The notes under the pieces: model-generated
What the model was told of the DNA's origin: nothing
What the model saw: the letters and a program-made list of their open reading frames with translations, nothing else
The model's database searches: none
Shown here: piece by piece, positions 8,741 to 16,636 of the stretch
Layout of the letters: each line of letters starts with the position of its first letter
How positions within the stretch are numbered: the first letter of the stretch is position 1
Translations under genes and position numbers: made by a program
Source: Hyphomonadaceae bacterium
Lineage (GTDB): Bacteria; Pseudomonadota; Alphaproteobacteria; Caulobacterales; Hyphomonadaceae
Length of the DNA stretch: 42,217 nt
Direction: 5' to 3'
NCBI GenBank assembly: GCA_035548775.1
Contig: DASZSI010000144.1
Location: 1-42,217 of the forward strand

Positions 8741-9691
8741 ATGATCCCGTTCAACCGGAAGTTTGAGTTCGACTACGGCGTTGCGCACGATGTTTCCCCC
8801 CTCGTCCGGCGCGTGGTTGCTCGAAACCCCGGCCGCTTTACCTGGACGGGCACGGGCACGCTGATTGTCGGCAGGGAGGATGTGGCGGTGATCGATCCCG
8901 GTCCGGACCGGGACGATCACTTCGCCGCCCTCGAGGCTACGATCGACGGTCGGCCGGTCAGCGCCGTTCTGGTGACGCACAACCACATGGACCATTCGGC
9001 CATCGCCCGCCGCGTCGCGGACCGTTTCGACGCTCCGCTCTGCGGCCGCCGCGGAGAGACCTCGGCTGAGGATGGCGGCGCCGCGCGCCTGGAGGCGGGC
9101 GACGATCCCCACTTTTCCCCGGACATCGAACTGGAAGACGGCTGGCGCCTGCGCGGCGACGGCTGGACGATCGACGCCCTGCATACCCCAGGGCATACCG
9201 CCGAGCATTTCTGTTTCAGCCTCCTCGAGGAGAAGACCCTGTTTTGCGGCGACCATGTGATGGCGTGGTCAACCAGCATCGTCACCCCGCCCGACGGGCA
9301 CATGGCGACGTATATCGACAGCCTGCGCCGCATTCGCCACATGGGTTTTGCGCGCCTGGCGCCGACGCACGGACCGTCAATCGATTCCCCCGGCTCCTTC
9401 ATCGACGCTTATGTCGAGCACCGGCTTCAACGGCGCGCGCAGGTTCTTGGCCTTGTCGGCGCAGGATCGGTCAGGATCCGTCAGATCGTCGATGCGCTGT
9501 ATTCTGATCTCTCGCCGGCCTTGAGGCCGGCGGCGGCGCTGTCCGTCCTCGCGCATCTTATCCAACTGGTTGAGGAAGGCCTCGTCGTGGCCTCGCCCAG
9601 TTGCACCCTTGGCGCGGACTACAGGCTGTCACGCCCCCGCGCCACGCCGATCAAACGAACGGAAACGGTCGAACCTGCGCTGGCGAACTGA
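8741..9691 (+). CDS. MBL-fold metallo-hydrolase
   Basis: Begins at the ATG at 8741 (MIPFNRKFEF...). HxHxDH motif VTHNHMDHS, later HTPGHTAEH and GDHVM. It starts 32 nt downstream of the YHS gene. Confidence 0.85.
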   Translation: MIPFNRKFEFDYGVAHDVSPLVRRVVARNPGRFTWTGTGTLIVGREDVAVIDPGPDRDDHFAALEATIDGRPVSAVLVTHNHMDHSAIARRVADRFDAPLCGRRGETSAEDGGAARLEAGDDPHFSPDIELEDGWRLRGDGWTIDALHTPGHTAEHFCFSLLEEKTLFCGDHVMAWSTSIVTPPDGHMATYIDSLRRIRHMGFARLAPTHGPSIDSPGSFIDAYVEHRLQRRAQVLGLVGAGSVRIRQIVDALYSDLSPALRPAAALSVLAHLIQLVEEGLVVASPSCTLGADYRLSRPRATPIKRTETVEPALAN

Positions 9692-9747
9692 TCGCCGGCA
9701 ACGCGGTCTCGAAGACTGGACGTCGATGCGATTCCGCGCCAGCCCGG

Positions 9748-10248
9748 CTAGAACCTGTTCTTGACCAGAAGGACTTCCATGATGCGCTTGGCGTCGTTGG
9801 CGTCCAGCTGCATGAAAGCCATGATCTTGTTCAGGTAGTCGGCCTCAACGGGAAGCAACGCGCCATCCGCCAGGATGATGTCCACGCAGTGCGCGAAGAC
9901 GGGAAGGCGCATGTCCATCGGCAGGGACTGGCAGGCCTCCTGCAACCCGTTCGGGCGGTTCTTGAGACGCTCATTGACCGATGTATTGGCGGCGGCCAGC
10001 TGGCTGGGACTCACGGTCTTCAGCGCGCGCGACCGGCGGGCCAGAGCGTAGATCTCTCCCTGTTCCTCGACCGAAACATTGCCGTCGACGGACGCCGCCG
10101 CCAGCAGCAGGCAGAGAAACGCTTCGGGAACCGACCAGTCCGTATTGCGCTGCTGCTTGAACTGCTCGGTGAGTTTGTCGAGGTCGAAAGCCGAGGAAGA
10201 CGCCGGCGCCTCCGGGGCGGCCTGAAAGATGTTCATGACGTCCGCCAT
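9748..10248 (-). CDS. TerB-like (tellurite-resistance TerB family) protein, paralog A
   Basis: 166 aa with a TerB-like helical pattern: FLCLLLAAASVDGNVSVEEQGEI ... FAHCVDIILADGALLPVEADYLNKI ... DAKRIMEVLLVKNRF. AAAGGAG lies 7 nt upstream of the ATG at 10248. Clear paralog of 15257..15772. Confidence 0.75.
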   Translation of the reverse strand: MADVMNIFQAAPEAPASSSAFDLDKLTEQFKQQRNTDWSVPEAFLCLLLAAASVDGNVSVEEQGEIYALARRSRALKTVSPSQLAAANTSVNERLKNRPNGLQEACQSLPMDMRLPVFAHCVDIILADGALLPVEADYLNKIMAFMQLDANDAKRIMEVLLVKNRF

Positions 10249-10281
10249 GTCCGGACTCCTTTTTCAACTCGCGACCCAGGA

Positions 10282-10297
10282 TCGAAACGCGTTTCGA
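10282..10297. promoter_or_regulatory. Perfect 16-bp palindrome upstream of TerB-like paralog A
   Basis: TCGAAACGCGTTTCGA lies 34-49 nt upstream of the ATG at 10248, just downstream (minus strand) of the hairpin at 10313..10344. Confidence 0.3.
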
Positions 10298-10312
10298 GCG
10301 CTGAATCAATAG

Positions 10313-10344
10313 CCGGGGCGTATGCGGCCAGCGCCACGCCCCGG
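10313..10344 (-). terminator. GC-rich stem-loop between the 203-aa gene and TerB-like paralog A
   Basis: CCGGGGCGT / ACGCCCCGG form a perfect 9-bp stem with a 14-nt loop. On the minus strand the stem is followed by CTATTGATT, a weak U-tract. Confidence 0.4.
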
Positions 10345-10388
10345 CAATGACAGTCATCTGTCCGTCGACTTGGCCCGTTGGCCGGTCG

Positions 10389-11000
10389 TCAGCAACCCGG
10401 CTTTCCAGGCGAGCATCCGGTGGCGCCCGGCGTGCCCTGGATGTTGGGTTGTTTGGGTCCGGTCGGCGTCGGCGCCGGGCCGGAAGGCGCCCGGTCAATA
10501 CGGTTGAACTCGTTCTGCAAGTCCGCGACGTACTTGGTGAGCTGCTGGATGGCCGCGTCCCTCCACGCTGGAGGGGTAATCTGGCGCTGTGTCATGCCGG
10601 GGCGGCGCGGCAGCACCTCCTCGGTGTCCTTCTGCAGCTTCGCTGCCTGGGCCAGAAGGCCTTCGATCTGGCCATACTGCAGCTCGTGGGCCTTCAGGAT
10701 CGCGTCCTTCGCGGCGAGATCCTTGTCCTTCGCAGCGATAAGGCCGTCCTTGTCGCCCAAGGCCTTCTTCTGATCGGCGATCGTCGTCGTCTGAGTGGCG
10801 ACCGTCTTCTGGGCCTTGTCGGCTTCCATGTAGAAGTATCCGGTTCCGGCGATGGCGGCGCCCAGGAACAGGACCACGAGGAAGCCCAGGAAGCCCCGCG
10901 AAATGAACAGGCCGCCCTGGCTCTCGCGCGGAGGCGGAGGAGGAGGCGCCGGTGGAGGCGGAGGCGGCGATTCTACGAAAACTGTTGGAACTCGATCCAT
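10389..11000 (-). CDS. Bitopic membrane protein: polyproline N-terminus, one TM, coiled-coil, Pro/Gly-rich tail (unknown function)
   Basis: MDRVPTVFVESPPPPPPAPPPPPPRE, then TM GFLGFLVVLFLGAAIAGTGYFY, then a Lys/Ala/Asp-rich heptad-like region. AAAGGGG SD lies upstream of the ATG at 11000. It starts 27 nt downstream of the preceding gene. Confidence 0.6.
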   Translation of the reverse strand: MDRVPTVFVESPPPPPPAPPPPPPRESQGGLFISRGFLGFLVVLFLGAAIAGTGYFYMEADKAQKTVATQTTTIADQKKALGDKDGLIAAKDKDLAAKDAILKAHELQYGQIEGLLAQAAKLQKDTEEVLPRRPGMTQRQITPPAWRDAAIQQLTKYVADLQNEFNRIDRAPSGPAPTPTGPKQPNIQGTPGATGCSPGKPGC

Positions 11001-11027
11001 GTCAAAACCCCTTTGCCACCTTGACCG

Positions 11028-13115
11028 CTACTGCCTCGGGGCTTCGCAGTCGAACACCCGATAGAACTTGAAGAACACTTCGCCGGCGGCGCGGTCGGCA
11101 TCCGACAGCGGCACCAGCGCGGTGTTGAGTCCACATCCCACCACCACGGCCTTGCCATATTCGAGCAGGACCTGGACGTTCGCAGGCTTGGGCGCGCCCG
11201 GCCAAGTGAAGGTGATGTCGTTGCCGTGGACCGGATCGCCCGGCGGTGCAGCGGCGACCAGACGCTTGGCTTCGTTGGCGCCCTGGTTGAATGCGAACTG
11301 CGCGGAGTCGCGAAGGATCAGTTTCGCCGACGCGTCAGCAATCTGCGCCTGCCGCAGATAGAACATCCCGCGCAGCAGAAGCCCTTCCGGTTTTCCGTCG
11401 CTTCCCGAGCACCAGGTCGACATGCCATCGCCGGTCACGCTCTTCCCGCCACGCATGATGTGGGCAAGGCAGGCGTAGTTCCGCGGAGGATTGGGCGCTC
11501 CCACCTGGACGGCGCGTTCCGCGTTCGAGACAGCGGTTGCCGACAGCGGGCTCGCGCCAGCCTTCTGCGCGTCGATCAGGCTGAGGTAATAGTAGGCATC
11601 AGCCTTATACTGCAGCTCGCCTGGGGGTGGGCTGCCGTTGAGGCCGCCGGTCTTGTCGATCACGCCCTGGAATTCGGACGTCGCCTGCGTGAGCAAGCCT
11701 TGCTTGTAATAGCTCAGGCCGATTTCAAATCCGGGCCGCGAAGATTGCGGATTGGCGCTTCTCGCCCGCTCATAGGTCTGGCGCACCGTTTCCGGTTTGG
11801 AGGTCGGCAGCGCAGCCTTGACCTCTGCCAGCTCAAGCAAGGCGTCCGACAGCGAGGGCCCCTGCGGCAGCAGCGCGACAGCTGCTTCATAGACCTGGTC
11901 GGCTTGGGCGGACTGGTGTGCGCGGTTCAGAGCGCGCGCCAGTTTGAGCTGGCGCTCGGCATTCTTCGGCTCCAACCGGGAGGCCGAGGTGAGCTCGGTG
12001 ATCGCCTGCTGGAGAAGGCTCGAAGAGTCGGTTCCGGCGGCGTCAGCAAGCGTAGCCTGTCCGAGCAGGGCCTGGGCGCGGCCCTCGTGAGCGGCGGCTT
12101 CGTCCTTCTGCAACTGACGCTCGGCAGCCATCCGCGCGGCAAGCTCGAATGCGCCCGCCGCCGCGATGTAGCTTTCATTCTTGCCCGTTGCCGAACTGTC
12201 CGCGAGCGCAAGATTGGCGCGGCCAAGACCCATTCTCGGATCAAGCGCGTTGGGATCGACACCTGCCGCCTTCTGGAAGGAATCGATCGCGATGCTCAGA
12301 TTGCCGGTGGCAAGCGCAGCCTGGCCATCGGCGGCATAAATTTTCGCAAGCTCGGTCTTGGCGCTGGCCGCAAGGGTGGAGCGGCCCGGCATGGTTTCCC
12401 GGCGGACAAGCTCTTCAAAGTCCACCCGCGCCTTACCCGGATCGGTCGCCAGGCCGCGCGCCAGATACGAGTTGGCGCGAAGCGAGACGAACTCGTCATA
12501 GCGCGTGTCGGTAGGATCGGAAGCAAACGGGCGCGCAACATCGGTGATTTCAAGTTGCCGGATCGCCTCGGAATAGCAGCCGACCTTGCCGACGCAGACG
12601 CCTCCGGCTGACTGCGCGGTAACCGGAGGATCGGCCTGCGCCAGACCGATGTAAGCGCGAGCGAGATCGTAGACACGGCCATAGCGGAAACGCTGGTTGG
12701 CGAGGACGACGGCCGCGTCCTTCTTGTCGTTCGGTTTGGCCGGGCGGGTCAGTTCCGGATGGTCGTTGCTGAACTGGTTCATCGACCGGCTGATCGCCGA
12801 TGCCGCCGTTACATACTCGCTGATGCCGTTTGCCGTAGCTTGGGCAAGGTGGGCGCGTGCGCCGTTATAGGCTGCGATGGCCTGGTCGCCGCCCTTTGCG
12901 TTGAGATCGACCGCGGTGGCGTCGCAAGTCCTCGCCATCTCGCCAAGCCGACCGGCGTCCGGAAGCCCGACATCGCGGACGATGCAGTCCTTGCCGCCAT
13001 TCCAAGCCGCGCCGCTTTTCACCTGAGCTGCGGCCGTCACGGCGCTCAGCGCCATCGCGGTCAAAATGGCAACTCGGGAAGCGGACCACAGATACCCGCC
13101 CGATACCCCACTCAT
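11028..13115 (-). CDS. Secreted Ala-rich TPR-like repeat protein (unknown function)
   Basis: Signal-peptide-like MSGVSGGYLWSASRVAILTAMALSAVTAAAQ. The long helical-repeat composition has TPR-like blocks (e.g. GNLSIAIDSFQKAAGVDPN, AERQLKLARALNRAHQ). ATG at 13115; the track uses an upstream GTG at 13124. Confidence 0.7.
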   Translation of the reverse strand: MSGVSGGYLWSASRVAILTAMALSAVTAAAQVKSGAAWNGGKDCIVRDVGLPDAGRLGEMARTCDATAVDLNAKGGDQAIAAYNGARAHLAQATANGISEYVTAASAISRSMNQFSNDHPELTRPAKPNDKKDAAVVLANQRFRYGRVYDLARAYIGLAQADPPVTAQSAGGVCVGKVGCYSEAIRQLEITDVARPFASDPTDTRYDEFVSLRANSYLARGLATDPGKARVDFEELVRRETMPGRSTLAASAKTELAKIYAADGQAALATGNLSIAIDSFQKAAGVDPNALDPRMGLGRANLALADSSATGKNESYIAAAGAFELAARMAAERQLQKDEAAAHEGRAQALLGQATLADAAGTDSSSLLQQAITELTSASRLEPKNAERQLKLARALNRAHQSAQADQVYEAAVALLPQGPSLSDALLELAEVKAALPTSKPETVRQTYERARSANPQSSRPGFEIGLSYYKQGLLTQATSEFQGVIDKTGGLNGSPPPGELQYKADAYYYLSLIDAQKAGASPLSATAVSNAERAVQVGAPNPPRNYACLAHIMRGGKSVTGDGMSTWCSGSDGKPEGLLLRGMFYLRQAQIADASAKLILRDSAQFAFNQGANEAKRLVAAAPPGDPVHGNDITFTWPGAPKPANVQVLLEYGKAVVVGCGLNTALVPLSDADRAAGEVFFKFYRVFDCEAPRQ

Positions 13116-13369
13116 CACGTCCACCCACCATCAATAACGCCCAATGGAAATCTTTATGGACGAAGTCCGGGGCCGCCAAAAGTGCTAAACCGCACTAAGA
13201 CGGAATATCAGCGCACCGCGACGCGATTGTTGCAAAGCCGTGCAGGCGCGCCGCGCCGGAGGACGAAACGATGCAATCGGCGGTGGCGTGACAGCGGTTG
13301 TGATCTTACCAACTGTCCACTTTCGAGGGCTGTGGACCGCCTCATCGTTTCGCCCACCGACTCAAGGGT

Positions 13370-14770
13370 TTAGTGGGCCGCTTCCCCCTGCGCCTTCCCC
13401 TTAGGACAAGTAAGCGATTCGCCCTTGTGCTGGCTTTCCACGATCGCCCGCGCTTCGGCCAGCAGGTTGGCGTTGAGGAGAGCCTCCAGTTCACACGGAT
13501 TGAACCGTCCAACCGCGTAGAACCGAACGTTCTGAAGCGCTTCGGTCTCGGCTTTCCGGGCGGCCGGGCTGGTCAGGTGTTTTGCAGACAGGGCTCGCAG
13601 CAACTCGTTCCAGGGAAACAATCCTGTTCGCTCAACGGCGGCGGCGTTGGCGAAGGCGCCGTCGAAATCGCCATCGCGCAGGAAGGAGAAGCTGACATTC
13701 TCGCGGCTGCCGCTAAGCTGGTTGTCCGTCTGGTGCAACCGCCGCCGCAGATTGATCGCATGATCGAGGCAGGACCGCGCCAGCAGCATGCGTGGTGAGC
13801 CCTTTGCGCCGGCCTCGCCCGGCCCGCATAACGATGTCGCGAGATCCATCGTATCCTTGAGTTCGGCTTCGGGTGTATCGAATGTGGCGATCAGCTGCGT
13901 GCCGACGCCATGGAAGGCGTTCATGGCCAGCGTAAGTTCCGCTTCATCGCGAGTGGCCTCGGAAATCTCACCACTCTGCCTCAACGCCAGGGCGTAATCC
14001 TGCAAGGCCTCGCGAGAGCGCCCCAGCTTGCGTTCGCATTGGGCGCGCCAGTAGAGCGGCTGCGGACCCGGCGGGGCGCCGACGGACGCTGCTGCAATGT
14101 CCTTGAACACAGAATCGCAATCGCCGAGCGCGTAGTTCGAACGGCTTGACGAGGCATAGATATAGTCGACCCAGGCAAGGCCGGTGCTCGCTGGCCTAAC
14201 AAGGGCGCTGTCCTTCTGCGCCTTCTCGAAGGACGCCTTGGCGTCTGCCAGCAGGCTGGGCAAGCCGGGGGCGTCCGCGGCGATCTGTTCGCCGGCCCTG
14301 TCCCACGCCAGCAGGGCCGCGGCGCCGCGGATAAGAGCGTGCTGCCCGGAGCTGGCTTCGGAGTGCATGTCCGCGGCGGTGTTCTCGATCAGGAGTTCAT
14401 CGTTGAGCGAATGTCCTCCACGTTCAAGATAGACGCCCACCACATTGATCACATCGCCGGGCCGCGACGCGGCGGCCTTGGACTTGATTGTCGCGACACG
14501 GAATTCGTCATAGGTGCGCCGCACCGCGCGCTCGAGATTGGCGACCTGGTTGGTCTGGCGGTCCGCGGTCAGTCGGGCGTCAAAAGCCTGGCGCTGCAGG
14601 TTTATTGAGGTTTCGCCAAGGGAATTGGCGACATTATAATAGTAGACCCCCAGCGCCGCCGACATCGCGACGAGCACGATAAGGGCCGCAAACCCGGCAA
14701 AAAGTATCCGCCGAAAGCCTTGTTGCTCCCGGGTGATCAGGGCGACGAGGTCTTCTTCCGCTTCCGCCAT
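13370..14770 (-). CDS. N-terminally membrane-anchored helical protein (unknown function)
   Basis: MAEAEEDLVALITREQQGFRR, then TM ILFAGFAALIVLVAMSAALGVYYY, then a long soluble helical region. GGAGAG SD lies upstream of the ATG at 14770, 16 nt after the preceding gene. Confidence 0.65.
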   Translation of the reverse strand: MAEAEEDLVALITREQQGFRRILFAGFAALIVLVAMSAALGVYYYNVANSLGETSINLQRQAFDARLTADRQTNQVANLERAVRRTYDEFRVATIKSKAAASRPGDVINVVGVYLERGGHSLNDELLIENTAADMHSEASSGQHALIRGAAALLAWDRAGEQIAADAPGLPSLLADAKASFEKAQKDSALVRPASTGLAWVDYIYASSSRSNYALGDCDSVFKDIAAASVGAPPGPQPLYWRAQCERKLGRSREALQDYALALRQSGEISEATRDEAELTLAMNAFHGVGTQLIATFDTPEAELKDTMDLATSLCGPGEAGAKGSPRMLLARSCLDHAINLRRRLHQTDNQLSGSRENVSFSFLRDGDFDGAFANAAAVERTGLFPWNELLRALSAKHLTSPAARKAETEALQNVRFYAVGRFNPCELEALLNANLLAEARAIVESQHKGESLTCPKGKAQGEAAH

Positions 14771-14786
14771 CCCCGCTCTCCGCCGC

Positions 14787-15209
14787 TCAGGTCACCAGCG
14801 AGGCGACCATCTCCATCCACAATTTCCGCTTCTTCTTGTCGGCGCACTGGAGATTGCCGAGGAAGCCGGCGAAAAGCTTGGCGCGCCCGGTTCGCGCGGC
14901 GAACAAGGTTCGCTCGATGGAGTTGATGCAGTTCTGAGCAGCCCACCAGCTTCCAAAGAATCCGATCACCGCGGCCGACAGGGGCGTCAGGAGCTGCAGT
15001 GCGCCGAGCCACTCGCTTCCCGATCCGTCGCTGATGCGGCCCGAGACAAAGACGAAGGCGATCGTCGCGGTTGCAAATACCAGCATGACCAGCGAGAACA
15101 GGAACAGCCCGAAGCACATTCCGCGCGCACGGCAGTGATGCAGCCTTTCCGCTTCAAGGATCGCGGCCAGCGCCTCGATATCGTCCTGCTCGATGTGCTG
15201 AGTGCTCAC
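14787..15209 (-). CDS. Small two-TM membrane protein (unknown function)
   Basis: GTG start at 15209. Hydrophobic segments are CFGLFLFSLVMLVFATATIAFVFV and LLTPLSAAVIGFFGSWWAA. It sits 47 nt after TerB-like paralog B and 16 nt before the next gene. Confidence 0.55.
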   Translation of the reverse strand: MSTQHIEQDDIEALAAILEAERLHHCRARGMCFGLFLFSLVMLVFATATIAFVFVSGRISDGSGSEWLGALQLLTPLSAAVIGFFGSWWAAQNCINSIERTLFAARTGRAKLFAGFLGNLQCADKKKRKLWMEMVASLVT

Positions 15210-15256
15210 AGCCCTGGTCCTGTCAAACCATCGTCCAGCTTGATCGTCGATCCGGC

Positions 15257-15772
15257 CTAGAACCGGTTCTTGATAAGCAGCACTTCCATGATCCGCTTGG
15301 CGTCTTCTGGCGTCAGCGCAAGGAAACCGGTGATCCGGTTAAGATAATCCGCCTCTGCCGGCGCCAGGTTGCCGTCGGACAGAATAATGTCGACGCAGTG
15401 GGCGAAGGCAGACAGTCGCATCTCCGAGGGCAGCGCAAGACAGGCCTCCTCGAGCCCATCCTTGCGCTCCGCCAGCCGTTTCTGAATCACGGTATTGGCC
15501 TGCGCCAGCTGGGTCTGGTTCATGCTCTTGAGAGCGCGTGACCGCATCAGAAGCGCCTTCACCTCTTCCTGCTCTTCACGAGAAAAAACCCCGTCGACCG
15601 AAACGGCCGTAAGAAGAAGGCAGAGAAACGACTCGCCGACCGTCCAGTCGGTGTTCCGGCTCTTGCCGAAGTCGGCGGCAAGCTTCTCGAAATTGAAACT
15701 GGAAGCCGGTCGTTCAGGCGGCGCCTGAAAGATGTTCGCTATGTTGGTTATAGGAGTGACATCGTTCGCCAT
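15257..15772 (-). CDS. TerB-like (tellurite-resistance TerB family) protein, paralog B
   Basis: 171 aa. It aligns by eye with 9748..10248 along the whole length: NIFQAPPERPASS / RNTDWTVGESFLCLLLTAVSVDG / RSRALK / MRLSAFAHCVDIILSDGNLAPAEADYLNRI / DAKRIMEVLLIKNRF. ATG at 15772. Confidence 0.75.
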   Translation of the reverse strand: MANDVTPITNIANIFQAPPERPASSFNFEKLAADFGKSRNTDWTVGESFLCLLLTAVSVDGVFSREEQEEVKALLMRSRALKSMNQTQLAQANTVIQKRLAERKDGLEEACLALPSEMRLSAFAHCVDIILSDGNLAPAEADYLNRITGFLALTPEDAKRIMEVLLIKNRF

Positions 15773-16636
15773 CGAACCCCGGCTCCGCCCGTTCCTGCTG
15801 TTTTGACGATGCCGGTATCAGCCTTGAAACGCAAGTTGCCATGGGCGTCAGCGCATCGGCGGGCCGGAAAAATGCCTTCCAAGACCGGCGATTGGGCGCG
15901 CTGACGCTAGCAGCGGCACATCCGCTCCAGACTGCAGGAGTTGTGTCGATTCGTTTCGGTGGTCGCGTGTCGTAGCCGTCAGTCCTTGGGGACAATGACG
16001 ACGGTCTTACAATGACCGGAGCTGCTCGAGCAGGCTGACGCCACGGTCATGGTGCTCTCACTTAATAATGTTGGACGCCGTCGGCGAAACTCGAGATGGC
16101 GCTGCCCTTTGCAAGTTGGGCTGGGTGGCATGAAGGGCAGTGGCGCCGGGCGCCCGAAATCATCGATAGGTGCTTGTTGGCACGACAGGGCAACGAGGCG
16201 CCGCCGCCCGCCGTGGTCCGCATCCAGGTGATCGCGAAATTAGGATCGTCATGCCTTGGCGAGCAGGCGCGCTGGACTAGCTGAAACGTTTGGACCCCTC
16301 GCCTGAGGAAAGAAGCGATCCGTTTCGCCCGAGGCGAGGCCCTGCACACGGCGAAAATCCAGGCGCGGACCGCGCTTCGGCATGTGAAAAGCCTTGGCCT
16401 GAAAAGAACCACCACATTTTACCCGGAAATTGTCAGGTAGTGGCTATCCTTATCGCATTTCGACGAGTCGCCCGCTCATTTGTCGTCCCCTAACAAGAAA
16501 GTGTGGAACTTTTTTTCTAAGACGGGTTGACGCGACGAACTTCAAACAGATCGACTGCTCTTCTAAACGCGTGACGGGGCGGGAACGGCATTCCTCGCGG
16601 CGTCACATCAACAAGCGTCTCGAGGGAGTATGTTGA

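Noticed and set aside
16040-16300. Possible cobalamin riboswitch, because GCCACTG (B12 box) occurs on the minus strand at 16137..16143 in the long intergenic region.
   Set aside because: The other conserved riboswitch blocks (AGGGAA, GGTGAAATTCC-like, GGGAAGGC after the box) are absent. The orientation points towards the TerB-like gene more than 360 nt away rather than the TonB-dependent receptor.
16515-16567. TTCTAAG and TTCTAAA upstream of the receptor, resembling half-sites of the Irr iron-control element (TTTAGAA-N3-TTCTAAA).
   Set aside because: Only half-sites are present, and the required inverted partner is missing at both (2/7 matches at best). There is no RirA-type TGA-N9-TCA either. 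Iron regulation cannot be claimed.
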